Of a stretch of 64,000 nucleotides of DNA, positions 52,341-61,717 are shown piece after piece. The notes beneath the pieces were generated by a model. It was not told the DNA's origin. It saw only the letters and a list, made by a program, of their open reading frames with translations, and ran no database searches. Source of the stretch: Candidatus Sulfomarinibacteraceae bacterium. Its GTDB lineage: Bacteria; Acidobacteriota; Thermoanaerobaculia; Thermoanaerobaculales; Sulfomarinibacteraceae. How positions within the stretch are numbered: position 1 is the first letter of the stretch; the number at the start of each line of letters is the position of its first letter. The stretch spans positions 800,001-864,000 of the forward strand of contig CAWCLO010000004.1 of assembly GCA_963796455.1 (NCBI GenBank), in the 5' to 3' direction. A program made the translations under genes and the position numbers.

Positions 52341-53003
52341 TCACCTCGACATGAGTTTGCGCCGAACGATCTTTTGCTCCTCGGTGAATTCGAAGATGTA
52401 ATTGAAAACCACAAAACCCTGATCTTTCATTTCAATCACACCCTCCTCGAGTGTTTCAGCAGGCACAATCTCTTGGGGAACAGAGTCATCAAACATCCAA
52501 GAGTATATATTCTCTCCTTCCGCCATCGAATAGACCCGAATACGGTAGCTGCCATCCTTTGTAGATAATGTACTGGGTCTCTTCCATCCACGCCAAGGCG
52601 CTTCAAACGTAACAACCACGAAATGCGAGTCGAACTGTGCCAACCCGACAATGCGAGACGTTGAGTTCAACGGATACCGTTGCACTCCGAGCAATTCTCC
52701 TGTCATACAGAGCCACTTTGTTTCCCCTGTTTCAAGATTGGTGTGAGATAAGACATATCCTCTGCGAGTCCGAAACAGCTGACCGGGATTACCAATAGAA
52801 CCCCAAAACGCGTTAACGGCGCTGCCGGAACCGGAAGCAATCAAACGGGCAGCATGATCGAAGTCCCATTCGGCCACTTCGCTAACGGCCGGTTCCTCTG
52901 CGGCGATGATCATCGTCGCGAATATCGTTATCGCTATTAGAAGCACCTGCAGATGAGGGAATCGCTGAACCACTTCGCTCTCCTTCCTAGGTTGGGGCGC
53001 CAC
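52341..53003 (-). CDS. Exported hypothetical protein (cassette)
   Basis: N-terminal hydrophobic segment; fills cassette. Confidence 0.65.
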   Translation of the reverse strand: MAPQPRKESEVVQRFPHLQVLLIAITIFATMIIAAEEPAVSEVAEWDFDHAARLIASGSGSAVNAFWGSIGNPGQLFRTRRGYVLSHTNLETGETKWLCMTGELLGVQRYPLNSTSRIVGLAQFDSHFVVVTFEAPWRGWKRPSTLSTKDGSYRIRVYSMAEGENIYSWMFDDSVPQEIVPAETLEEGVIEMKDQGFVVFNYIFEFTEEQKIVRRKLMSR

Positions 53004-53164
53004 TTCTTCTCCGCCTTCTGCTCGCTTCCCACCTTTTCCTTATCGATCCGATGAGCTCGGTCCAAGTGTGTCTTCAGAAGCCAAAGATCGTGCGCCTGAG
53101 AAGCTCTCAATGCTCTGCACAAGTGAAGGGAAGTGAGTCACGCACATCCTCTTGCGGAGTTCTT

Positions 53165-53233
53165 GCCTAACGGTCCGAGTTCAGCGGCCCACACCCGCCG
53201 CGGGTGAGGGTCCGCTGGAATGAGGTGTTAGGC
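53165..53233 (-). repeat. attC
   Basis: 69-bp family member. Confidence 0.92.
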
Positions 53234-53250
53234 CATCTCACGAGGAGCCG

Positions 53251-53658
53251 TCACAGGTTCACGCTGCTCTTCTGTTTGGCGATGAGATCGCCTCCGTACG
53301 TGACCTCAAGCGTGTAGTTTGCGTTAGTGGCATCCGCAAAGAAGGTCAACACGATATCGAGGCTTGTGTCAGCCAATTGCACTTTCGACCTTGCCACCGC
53401 TTCCTCTCCTATTGGTGCAGTTACCCGCGGTGCCGCCACCACCTCGCCATTCACGAGGTCTGACACAACGGCGGTACAGGTGAAGGTCCCATTGTCGGAA
53501 GACACATCGAATTCCACTTCAACGCCGTACTGCCCTGACGGCATCGATGGCTCTTCGGCTATCGTGGCTGTGGTCGGCATCAGAAAGAATAAAACCAGCA
53601 CAAAAGCGACAACGACACCGGCGACCCCATTGTGGTTCATTCCTACCTCCGTGTTCAT
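53251..53658 (-). CDS. Exported beta-rich hypothetical protein (cassette)
   Basis: Signal peptide; fills cassette. Confidence 0.7.
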   Translation of the reverse strand: MNTEVGMNHNGVAGVVVAFVLVLFFLMPTTATIAEEPSMPSGQYGVEVEFDVSSDNGTFTCTAVVSDLVNGEVVAAPRVTAPIGEEAVARSKVQLADTSLDIVLTFFADATNANYTLEVTYGGDLIAKQKSSVNL

Positions 53659-53663
53659 GAATT

Positions 53664-53732
53664 GCCTAACGGTCCGAGTTCAGCGGCCCGCACCCGGCCC
53701 GGGTGAGGGTCCGCTGGAACGAGGTGTTAGGT
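53664..53732 (-). repeat. attC
   Basis: 69-bp family member. Confidence 0.92.
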
Positions 53733-53756
53733 ACGTGTTGATTCCTATGACTCCAT

Positions 53757-54068
53757 TCATCGGAAGACATAAGCGGCTAGAGCCACTACAACAAGGATAA
53801 CGATGACAACGGCGATTGTGGCTGCTGAGAAAATGTACCATTTGAATACCCCGTATAGGAATGGTCTACGAATTTCCCCTGGCTCGAGGTACGCGAGCAC
53901 AACGAACGCCAGGAACCCGGCGACTGAAAGCCCCAGTCCTACGGGCGACACCCATTCAGGCCAGAACCAACCTCCCTTCATCAGAGTGCTAAGAATTGTG
54001 ATGACAAAGGCAGCCATGCCAGAAATCCTGACCGGTTCCCAAAACCACCTTTCTTCTGTTATCTCCAT
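53757..54068 (-). CDS. Membrane protein (2nd ORF of cassette)
   Basis: 3 TM. Confidence 0.6.
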   Translation of the reverse strand: MEITEERWFWEPVRISGMAAFVITILSTLMKGGWFWPEWVSPVGLGLSVAGFLAFVVLAYLEPGEIRRPFLYGVFKWYIFSAATIAVVIVILVVVALAAYVFR

Positions 54069-54086
54069 CGTTACCCTTTCTAATCT

Positions 54087-54278
54087 CTATCGAGAAGCCA
54101 GAAAAAACATCAACGCAAGAGCGGCTAGCACCGCAATACCCAGGATCAAGTCGACTCGTTTTGCGAGCTTTCGACTCTCTTCAGGACCGGCGCTCGGTTT
54201 CCCTCCCGCCGGCCGGTTTGCGACCGCGCACGGTGTTCCTGGGTCATGGTGCCTTCCGCAGATTCCGCAGTATGCCAT
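54087..54278 (-). CDS. Small protein with CxxCxxxH..C motif plus TM
   Basis: YCGICGRHHDPGTPC; C-terminal TM. Confidence 0.55.
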   Translation of the reverse strand: MAYCGICGRHHDPGTPCAVANRPAGGKPSAGPEESRKLAKRVDLILGIAVLAALALMFFLASR

Positions 54279-54301
54279 CGGTATCTCGCTTGGTCCTTCC
54301 T

Positions 54302-54375
54302 GCCTAACGATTGGCGTTCAACGGACGCGAACCGCGCTCGCGCAGGTCGCGGTCCGTTGGACGGCGCGACTAGGC
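54302..54375 (-). repeat. attC (foreign family, R'' mutated)
   Basis: gcctaacgattggcgttcaacggac...gtccgttggacggcgcgactaggc. Confidence 0.75.
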
Positions 54376-54393
54376 AATTTACAACTGACCATT

Positions 54394-55005
54394 CTAGATT
54401 CCGGGTGGGTTGGTGACCTTGTCGATGAATGTGAAGAATGCAACCAACGCGATAAGGCCAAGATAACTGATCAAGTTCGCGAAGAATACGGTTCTGACGA
54501 GGTCACTTGGTAGGTTTCCCGATCGAGAAGTCCATCTCCGGATCAGCATCCACTCGACCCACCACGTTGGGAAAAAGGTCACAAAGAAACCGATTGCAGT
54601 TGCCGCCAACGCTACGTTCGGATACGGAGAGTTGTCGCCCAATATCCAGGTACCACTCGCAAGGACGAGTTTTCCGAGTTCGGAGTCGCCGGCAAGGGAA
54701 GAAACCCCAATCGTAAGGATCGCCCAGACAAGCGGAAGGCCGATCGCGCAAACGATCGTCGATATGACGTTTGCACCGAGAATCCAACCGAAGGTGTTTG
54801 CTGGTGGAACACCCAGCCGCTTTCGAAGGAAGAACCACTCAGAACCGATGATCCAGACTTGGCCGAACGTGAAGAGTGGAACGCTAAAGAGCAGGAGAAG
54901 TGGGCCGCCTCCATCTGCCATTACTGACGTCGGTATTAGGACCCACAGTACCCCAAAGATAATCACAAGCTTCGCTTCCCGGCTCAATAGTCCTGGTCCT
55001 TTCAC
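54394..55005 (-). CDS. Membrane protein (cassette)
   Basis: ANVIS and ANLISY motifs, several TM. Confidence 0.7.
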   Translation of the reverse strand: MKGPGLLSREAKLVIIFGVLWVLIPTSVMADGGGPLLLLFSVPLFTFGQVWIIGSEWFFLRKRLGVPPANTFGWILGANVISTIVCAIGLPLVWAILTIGVSSLAGDSELGKLVLASGTWILGDNSPYPNVALAATAIGFFVTFFPTWWVEWMLIRRWTSRSGNLPSDLVRTVFFANLISYLGLIALVAFFTFIDKVTNPPGI

Positions 55006-55007
55006 TG

Positions 55008-55078
55008 GCCTATCAGTCCGAGTTCAGCGGACCGAACACCCGCCTCGGGTGGGGGTCCGCTGGAACGAGGTGTTAGGC
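55008..55078 (-). repeat. attC (R' box AAC changed to ATC)
   Basis: 71 bp family member. Confidence 0.85.
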
Positions 55079-55079
55079 G

Positions 55080-55490
55080 TCATTGGCTCGACTGCTCAGG
55101 CAAGCGATATTTGAACTCGTACGAGTGTTTGCCTTCGTCGATGTCGATCTTGAAATCGCCTTCCAGTCCGACCAATTCCTCGGTACCTGAGTCCGGAACC
55201 ACGGTTACTACAAGGGATGGTGCGCCGCGATTCATGGTGCCGGTGTGTTGCAGAACAAAGGTTCCTCGCTTTCCGTTCAGAACACCTGCTACCCGCTCAA
55301 TTGCAACGTAGCCGGCGGACCCATCAATATCCGTCATCGCGCTGAGCATTTGACCCACTGTGCTCGCAGTGAGGTCGCCGGAAATCTGCTTGTCAATGGA
55401 CATCCGCCCGAGCTTGAATTCTGGGTTGGCGCCCTCAAACGCCAAGGGCTTCATGGAGACGACGAATTGACCTCTTGCGGTTTGAGCCAT
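55080..55490 (-). CDS. DUF3224 family protein
   Basis: GSAGYVAIE, GTFVLQH.GTM, VVPDSGTEEL.GLEG. Confidence 0.88.
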   Translation of the reverse strand: MAQTARGQFVVSMKPLAFEGANPEFKLGRMSIDKQISGDLTASTVGQMLSAMTDIDGSAGYVAIERVAGVLNGKRGTFVLQHTGTMNRGAPSLVVTVVPDSGTEELVGLEGDFKIDIDEGKHSYEFKYRLPEQSSQ

Positions 55491-55633
55491 GGACTGTCCC
55501 TTCTCTCGTGAATGACATGAGGCCATCGAAAGTGATGACGCAATCAAACCTAGGATAACGACGCGGCACTTCGAAAGGGTAGTTCTTGACGCTCGGCGCT
55601 CGTTCATTCTGCTTTTCCCCTCTGTTTCTGTGC

Positions 55634-55702
55634 GCCTAACGGTCCGAGTTCAGCGGACCACACCCGCCGCGGGTGGGGGTCCGCTGGAATGAGGTGTTAG
55701 GT
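55634..55702 (-). repeat. attC
   Basis: 69-bp family member. Confidence 0.92.
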
Positions 55703-55720
55703 GTCCCCTTCGATTGGCCA

Positions 55721-56530
55721 TCAATCTCCCCTGCGAATTTCCTCTAGCGTGCCATCCTCTGTTGGTTTTATTTTGATACCCCTCACGTCCAGAAAATGTA
55801 GGAACTTTCGATAAGCGAGGTGGTTTTGGAAGCCGGAGCGAGGGAACCAGGACTGTCCGGTTTTTCCTCTCATCAGGGTTACGCCGGCTGCATCCACTCT
55901 CGCGAGCGTGTGAATGTCCCAGCTGAGTATTGAGCTTGCAAGTTCTCCTGCTCGACAGCTGAGCCCGTGTTCGGAAATCTCCCATTCAATCCTGATCGAT
56001 TCGAAATTTTGACCCTTGAACGCAATCCAAATCTGGAGTTTTGGGAGCACCACCAGTACGACGAGACCAATGACCGCAATCGATACCACCACGAACTGTA
56101 GCCAATGGAAACCCAATGTGATCCCGTAGGTTAAAACGAGGACAGCAATGAACATCCACGAAAGAGTCGCTAGAAGACGCTTCGCTGCTCCACCCGCGAT
56201 GTTGTTCCACTCTGACCGCGCAGCGTGACACGCCTCCGAACGGTCCCAGATGTATCTGCAGGTTACAGGCGCGTGGTCAAATTCGACGGTGTCATCTGTG
56301 AATTCCGAATCTGTGGGTTCTTGAAAGCGAATCCTTTTGAATAGGTAAGCGGGTCCTACGACGATTGGCAGTAAGAGGAAAGCGAACGCCCACGCCAAGC
56401 CCCCAGTGTTCAGGGTGTACTTGCGACCGTAGGTTGGGATCCGCTTTCGCCTTGCGTCGAAACCTAGTGTCGTCGCAAGTATCAGGTCGACCAGGATGAC
56501 AACAACGATCAGCGTTGGTGATACGTTCAT
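55721..56530 (-). CDS. Membrane protein with YcxB-like C-terminal domain
   Basis: 4 TM then WEISEHG...LSWD...WFPRSGF. Confidence 0.6.
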   Translation of the reverse strand: MNVSPTLIVVVILVDLILATTLGFDARRKRIPTYGRKYTLNTGGLAWAFAFLLLPIVVGPAYLFKRIRFQEPTDSEFTDDTVEFDHAPVTCRYIWDRSEACHAARSEWNNIAGGAAKRLLATLSWMFIAVLVLTYGITLGFHWLQFVVVSIAVIGLVVLVVLPKLQIWIAFKGQNFESIRIEWEISEHGLSCRAGELASSILSWDIHTLARVDAAGVTLMRGKTGQSWFPRSGFQNHLAYRKFLHFLDVRGIKIKPTEDGTLEEIRRGD

Positions 56531-56554
56531 TCGTCCATCCTTTTGTCGGTTTTT

Positions 56555-56622
56555 ACCTAACGGTCCGAGTTCAGCGGACACCACCCGCCGCGGGTGGGGG
56601 TCCGTTGAACGAGGTGTTAGGC
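56555..56622 (-). repeat. attC
   Basis: 68 bp family member. Confidence 0.9.
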
Positions 56623-56625
56623 CCA

Positions 56626-56856
56626 TCAACCCTTGAGAAACGTCTCGAGATCGTCACGTGTGAGCTTCGTATCGCGGAGGATCTTGGACAACAGACCGGG
56701 GCCGATTGTCTCACCGCGGTGCACAGGAACTGTCGTAGCGCGTCCATCGGGATGCCGCAGAAAGTGGTGACTGCCTCTGGTCCGTGTGACCTCAAAGCCA
56801 GCACATCCGAGCGCTGAAAGGAGGTCCTTGCCTTTGACTCGCAGCCGAGGGGTCAT
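56626..56856 (-). CDS. hicA: HicA family toxin
   Basis: GFEVTRTRGSHHFLRHPDGRATTVPVH.GE.IGPGLL.KIL. Confidence 0.92.
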   Translation of the reverse strand: MTPRLRVKGKDLLSALGCAGFEVTRTRGSHHFLRHPDGRATTVPVHRGETIGPGLLSKILRDTKLTRDDLETFLKG

Positions 56857-57068
56857 GACGCGATGCGGACTCTCTGTACGCCGATGAATTCGAGTGGCTC
56901 GGCAGGAATGCCCTGCTCCTCAAGGCAAAGAGCGATCACTTCCCGCACCCGTTCCATGAGCTCGTCGAGGGATCGAGCTTGGGTGTGACAACCGTGCAGA
57001 GACGGAACCGACGCTACGTAATAGCCTTCAGCATCCCGTTCAACGACGACATCAAAGTCGGTGGTCAT
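56853..57068 (-). CDS. hicB: HicB family antitoxin (short, no DNA-binding domain)
   Basis: EGYYVASVPSLHGCHTQARSLDELMER.RE.I.L.LE; ATGA overlap with hicA. Confidence 0.9.
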   Translation of the reverse strand: MTTDFDVVVERDAEGYYVASVPSLHGCHTQARSLDELMERVREVIALCLEEQGIPAEPLEFIGVQRVRIAS

Positions 57069-57099
57069 GTCGCTATCTTATCCCAAATGACGTCATGTT

Positions 57100-57168
57100 G
57101 CCTAACGGTCCGAGTTCAGCGGACCGAACCCGCCGCGGGTGAGGGTCCGCTGGAACGAGGTGTTAGGC
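57100..57168 (-). repeat. attC
   Basis: 69-bp family member. Confidence 0.92.
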
Positions 57169-57182
57169 CTTTCATCAATCAT

Positions 57183-57716
57183 TCATCGAAGTAGTCCGTC
57201 GCCATCACTAGAGTCTCCTGACGCACGACGGTATTCGCGCATCGCGTTCATGAATGCGATTGTGCCAACACCGATTGCCGGAACTGCACTACACCATAAG
57301 TGGACGTTATCGTCAGATCTTTGATACGAATACCCTTCGGTCATGATTTTCCAGGTGTTGCCCTCTGCATAGGTCTCGAACATGAATCTGAGGTCCTTTT
57401 CCGGGGCTGGGTAGCTGGACCAGTATGTGATTTGGTGAATCCTATCCTGCCACACGGTAATCACGGCTTCGTGAAAAACCCCTGCTTCAAACGTGTACGT
57501 TGTAGCTTCTGGAAGCTTTTCATGTTCCCCCTTTTCGGTAGGTTCCCCGTACAGCTCGACCGCTACCGACAATTCCGCGCCCAAACAGACCGGGTCTATC
57601 GCGTCAAGACGGTTTACCTTGAATACGATGCGCGACAACCAAAGGAGCGGGCGGAGAAGAATCGTCAGTATCTTATCCCTCATTCGACGGCTTCCTCCTG
57701 CAGCTAACTCTGACAC
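57183..57716 (-). CDS. Cassette hypothetical protein (start may be 57683)
   Basis: Fills cassette. Confidence 0.65.
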   Translation of the reverse strand: MSELAAGGSRRMRDKILTILLRPLLWLSRIVFKVNRLDAIDPVCLGAELSVAVELYGEPTEKGEHEKLPEATTYTFEAGVFHEAVITVWQDRIHQITYWSSYPAPEKDLRFMFETYAEGNTWKIMTEGYSYQRSDDNVHLWCSAVPAIGVGTIAFMNAMREYRRASGDSSDGDGLLR

Positions 57717-57725
57717 GCACAGTTT

Positions 57726-57794
57726 GCCTAACGGTCCGAGTTCAGCGGACCGAACCCGCCGCGGGTTAGGGTCCGCTGGAACGAGGTTTTAGGC
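57726..57794 (-). repeat. attC (R'' GTT changed to TTT)
   Basis: 69-bp family member. Confidence 0.88.
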
Positions 57795-58289
57795 CTACCG
57801 GTTTTCACTTTTTCGAAATGCATCCAAGAGTTCTCGAAAGTCATCCCACTTCGGATCATCATTGAAAACGATTTCGAGTGGGAATTGAGGATGATCGCTG
57901 AGGGCCGTGTTGAACGCAGCCATGGATCGTTCACGATCCGAGGTGTAGTACACGAGCTCCTTCAAACCGTTTCCCGTCCGGCTGTAGGCATGTCGACACA
58001 CGCCGTCGTTGGTCGGGCCTTCGGCGATAGCCTGTTCGAGGTCTTTCATTTGTTCAAGGACGTCATCAGTTGGCATGCCGTTGTTCGCTTGACCGTCGTA
58101 CTTCCAAGAAACGACGGTCAGCCAAGGTTGAGATGCGCGAGTGCGCTGATCCGGCAATTCGTCAATTAGTTTGTAGATTACTGGTACGTCGCCCTCGTAG
58201 GCCCTTCCAATGATCCCAAGTTCCTGGCTATTTGCCATACCGCAACCCCAACAAAACAACACTATGACGAGGAGCGCCGACAACCTCAA
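57795..58289 (-). CDS. DUF695-like protein, possible lipoprotein
   Basis: WKY...NNGMP, RTGNGLKELVYY, DPKWDDF. Confidence 0.75.
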   Translation of the reverse strand: MRLSALLVIVLFCWGCGMANSQELGIIGRAYEGDVPVIYKLIDELPDQRTRASQPWLTVVSWKYDGQANNGMPTDDVLEQMKDLEQAIAEGPTNDGVCRHAYSRTGNGLKELVYYTSDRERSMAAFNTALSDHPQFPLEIVFNDDPKWDDFRELLDAFRKSENR

Positions 58290-58294
58290 GGCTT

Positions 58295-58363
58295 GCCTAA
58301 CGGTCCGAGTTCAGCGGACCAAACAGCCGCGCTGTTTGGGCCCGCTGGAACGAGTTGTTAGGC
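58295..58363 (-). repeat. attC (aaacagc..gctgttt loop subfamily)
   Basis: 69 bp. Confidence 0.9.
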
Positions 58364-58370
58364 GTTACTC

Positions 58371-58841
58371 TCACCGAAACTCCTCTCCGATTGTCTCGTC
58401 AATTCGCTCTTGCATGTGGATGAGCATCGCAACTGTTGGCCCGCAAAGGAGTACGTCGAAAATGACCTCCAGCGGATCGAATCGGGCCACATCGAACAGT
58501 TCTGTAGAGGGCCGTCGAACGCCTGCCAGGAGCTGAAGGTTACGAACTGTGATGAAAACTCCGTTGCAGGAACCACAGGCCTTGAAGGGTGCAGTCTTGA
58601 GGGAGCCAGTACGAAGAGAAGGTACACCGCATCGTGGGCAAGATTCGTCGGAGATCGGACCATACAACTTGAAATGGGCGTCCGTCGGGATTTCTGCGAG
58701 CCGATCTTCATACGTTTTTCGAAACACCGTTTCGACTTCTCCTGGGTCAAACCAAAGCGCCTCGCAGTCGGTACAGACGTCGACTGAGACCCCCGAAATC
58801 ACGTGCTCACTCATGAGCCCCTTGCAGTCAGGACAATTCAT
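58371..58841 (-). CDS. Double zf-TFIIB zinc ribbon protein
   Basis: CPDC..VDVCTDCEALWFDPGEV; CPRC..CGSCNGVF. Confidence 0.78.
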   Translation of the reverse strand: MNCPDCKGLMSEHVISGVSVDVCTDCEALWFDPGEVETVFRKTYEDRLAEIPTDAHFKLYGPISDESCPRCGVPSLRTGSLKTAPFKACGSCNGVFITVRNLQLLAGVRRPSTELFDVARFDPLEVIFDVLLCGPTVAMLIHMQERIDETIGEEFR

Positions 58842-58871
58842 GTATTTGCATTCCCTGCAGACATTACGTTC

Positions 58872-58940
58872 GCCTAACGGTCCGAGTTCAGCGGACACCA
58901 CCCGCCGCGGGTGGGGGTCCGCTGGAATGAGGTGTTAGGC
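58872..58940 (-). repeat. attC
   Basis: 69-bp family member. Confidence 0.92.
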
Positions 58941-58949
58941 GGATCGAAT

Positions 58950-59163
58950 TCACTTTTTTCCCCTGCCCAAGAACTCAACATCGTCGACTTCGACGTAAAC
59001 GCGCCCGAATGTGGGGTTGGTCGAGTAGAAGCCCAAGGTAATTCACTCTCCACTCCAGACGCTTCTCCTTTGTGTCGACCAGGTCCTCAACCACAGATGG
59101 TTCGCCGTCGTAGTCGACACGATCTCCTGCGCGCGCTTCGTTTCCATCTCGGTAATACAGCAT
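58950..59163 (-). pseudogene. Small cassette gene with +1 frameshift near 59022
   Basis: ...YLGLLL then alternative frame TNPTFGRVYVEVDDVEFLGRGKK*. Confidence 0.5.
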
Positions 59164-59179
59164 GATTAGACCTGCACCT

Positions 59180-59248
59180 GCCTAACGGTTCGAGTTCAGC
59201 GGACCACACCCGCCGCGGGTGGGGGTCCCCTGGAACGAGGTGTTAGGT
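59180..59248 (-). repeat. attC
   Basis: 69-bp family member. Confidence 0.9.
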
Positions 59249-59251
59249 CGT

Positions 59252-59621
59252 TTATCGTCCAAGAGTCGATTCCACGGTCACCTCGAGTTCTGGACTGATC
59301 TCTACGTTCACGATGTATCCGCAACAGCGTTCAAAGTACCCTTGCGGTGGGAACTCGAAGTGATCGGGCCCGGCATGCGAATGAGACCTCCAAGCCGGTT
59401 TCACCGCTCGGGACAACTACGGAATCGTGTTGCCCGCCTGAAGGCAGGATTTCGATAGTTTCTTCGAACCCAATACCGACAAGTCGTACATTCCGAAGAT
59501 CGAGAGGTGAGGAGTTCTTCAGGCGAAGGACAGGCGGTGCAGATCGCTGGCATCCCAGGAGGGCAACAACAAGAATTGCGCCTACGATAACAACGAGAGG
59601 TTTCAGGTTTCTAATAAACAC
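59252..59621 (-). pseudogene. Lipoprotein cassette with +1 frameshift near 59378
   Basis: LLGC lipobox; ...GLEVSF then alternative frame HAGPDHFEFPPQGYFE...ESTLGR*. Confidence 0.55.
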
Positions 59622-59641
59622 TTGGAAGAACTTCCCTTGGC

Positions 59642-59710
59642 ACCTAACGGTCCGAATTCAGCGGACCACACCCGCCGCGGGTGAGGGTCCGCTGGAATGA
59701 GGTGTTAGGT
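59642..59710 (-). repeat. attC
   Basis: 69-bp family member. Confidence 0.92.
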
Positions 59711-59734
59711 GTGTACGTTGCTTTGGTTCCGGAT

Positions 59735-60112
59735 TCACGACTGGGGTGGAGCCTCCTCGTCTCCTTCGGCGTGTCTTTCTTTGAGGTTCCACTGATACAT
59801 AGAGTATCCAGTCCAAATTAAGGCGATCATGCCTATCGCCATATTTCCCCAATTTTCACGGGGATTCGACAAAAACTCAGAAAGGTAACTTGCGATCCAG
59901 GCAACCCAGAGCCCCGCCAGAGGAAATAGAAACCATTTACGACCGAGCACAGCTCCAATCACAGCGATGCTGAGGAGCGAGATGAATCCCCACGCGAGGA
60001 CCAGATCCTTCGCTGTCCCTCCGGAGTACGGCGCGAAGGCCACCCAAAAAATGAGGATTCCCCCGAGTATCGCGATTGTGGGCCAGTTGCGTTGGTAATC
60101 TTGGGACGCCAT
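59735..60112 (-). CDS. Four-TM membrane protein (cassette)
   Basis: MASQDYQRNW...; fills cassette. Confidence 0.65.
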   Translation of the reverse strand: MASQDYQRNWPTIAILGGILIFWVAFAPYSGGTAKDLVLAWGFISLLSIAVIGAVLGRKWFLFPLAGLWVAWIASYLSEFLSNPRENWGNMAIGMIALIWTGYSMYQWNLKERHAEGDEEAPPQS

Positions 60113-60133
60113 AGGTAACTTGTCTTTCAATTG

Positions 60134-60202
60134 ACCTAACGGTCCGAGTTCAGCGGCCCACACCCGCCGCGGGTGGGGGTCCGCTGGAATGAGGTGTTAG
60201 GG
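60134..60202 (-). repeat. attC
   Basis: 69-bp family member. Confidence 0.92.
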
Positions 60203-60226
60203 CAATGGCCAACCATTTCGAGACTC

Positions 60227-60645
60227 CTACTGAAACCGGGAAGATAGTTGGATTTCTTGGCCACAACGGGAACACCGGATCTCAAGCACATCATCGCGAT
60301 AGTCAGAAAGTGCGTACGGAGTTGCGCACTCGGGGCACTGGCCATCATAGGCTGTCTCGGAGTCTGTCAGAACCCGTGTTGCGTAGACATCTGGCAGGTC
60401 GATTCGGCAAAGGCCGCACTGCTGCACGTTCGGTGGGTAAGACGAACCACATTTCGGACACCGGCGATCGTGCCGCGATATCAGGAGGAGCGCGACAAGC
60501 GCAGCACCCGGAAAAAGGTGCCAATCGCTAGCCATTTCCTAGGGTCGCGGTTTTTCTTCCTCGCGAGGTCCATCGTCGTCAAACCCAACGCGAGCGGGAA
60601 TGCGATTAGGAAGGCGATACCGAAAATATCTCTGGCCAAATCCAT
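60227..60645 (-). pseudogene. Membrane protein with two zinc ribbons, frameshift in a T5 run near 60513
   Basis: MDLARDIFG...RKKNRDPRKWLAIGTF / FPGAALVALLL..CPKCG..CGLC..CPEC..CSRC. Confidence 0.55.
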
Positions 60646-60670
60646 CGAGAACACCTCGGATGTACTGCTT

Positions 60671-60739
60671 GCCTAACGGTCCGAGTTCAGCGGACCGAAC
60701 AGCCGCGCTGATTGGGTCCGCTGGAACGAGGTGTTAGGT
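60671..60739 (-). repeat. attC (aacagc..gctg loop subfamily)
   Basis: 69 bp. Confidence 0.9.
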
Positions 60740-60756
60740 GCAAGCGTACCCATCAG

Positions 60757-61074
60757 TCACACAACTGCAGTGAAATACCAAAAAATCGAAAAACAATATA
60801 GGCCTACTAATAGCCACGAGATCAACCCCCAAGTGATTCGGCGTGGTTTTGATCGCCAACCCACAATGGTTGAGATCCAGGCGCCTACCACTGCAATAGC
60901 CCCACCAATGACGTACATGCAGAGTCCGAAAAGAATTCGCTGGACGTCACCATGAACGGCCGCGGCGCCAAGCCCCGCTACCATTAAATAAGCGCCAACG
61001 GAGCCCAGAACCACCGAAAGGACAATCGACAACTGCGGTGCTAACTCGAGCTTTTCATTTGGTTCCGATCTCAT
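60757..61074 (-). CDS. Three-TM membrane protein (cassette)
   Basis: Fills cassette. Confidence 0.65.
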   Translation of the reverse strand: MRSEPNEKLELAPQLSIVLSVVLGSVGAYLMVAGLGAAAVHGDVQRILFGLCMYVIGGAIAVVGAWISTIVGWRSKPRRITWGLISWLLVGLYCFSIFWYFTAVV

Positions 61075-61087
61075 CTGATCACCGATT

Positions 61088-61156
61088 GCCTAACGGTCCG
61101 AGTTCAGCGGACCGAACCCGCCGCGGGTGAGGGTCCGCTGGGACGAGGTGTTAGGG
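61088..61156 (-). repeat. attC
   Basis: 69-bp family member. Confidence 0.9.
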
Positions 61157-61181
61157 GACTGAAGAAGAGTCTGCGAGGACG

Positions 61182-61702
61182 TCATTTGGGGCCTCTTTGA
61201 CCAGACAGAGTTGCACGCAGATTCTGATAGGCCTCTTCAGACCATTCCGTTTCAGGATTGATCACCTCTGAAAGGTCTTCTATGAAAGGAAAGTCGATTG
61301 ACGTTGCAAAGGAAACAGCTTCACGGGCCTCTTGAGCACCTCCGCCAAACTCGATCACATGAAGAAAGATCATGCGCAGAATAGGAACGAAGATGCTGGT
61401 TCCGTGTGATTCGAACTCACCTACTGATTCGCGGTAGAACTCAACGAACTCGGGAGGATCCTTAACGAGATCAGCAGCAATAATCCGATCCTCGAATTCC
61501 CAAAGTGGTAGTAACCGCTTTTCGGAGAACTGGGCCAGTTCCCTGGCGCATCGGGCCACCCTTGCGCGTAGAAACTGGTGGGGGCCTCAAAGTACGAATC
61601 GAATGGCGCGTCAATGTCGAAACTTGTCAGTAAACTACGAATTGCATCGGGGATACAGAGTTCTTTGATGCTCCCAACCCTCTCTTCCGCAGGAATATGC
61701 AC
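61182..61702 (-). pseudogene. Acidic cassette protein split by frameshift near 61520-61550
   Basis: Two overlapping ORFs (61421-61702, 61182-61559) jointly fill one cassette. Confidence 0.5.
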
Positions 61703-61717
61703 GATTACCTTCTTTTC

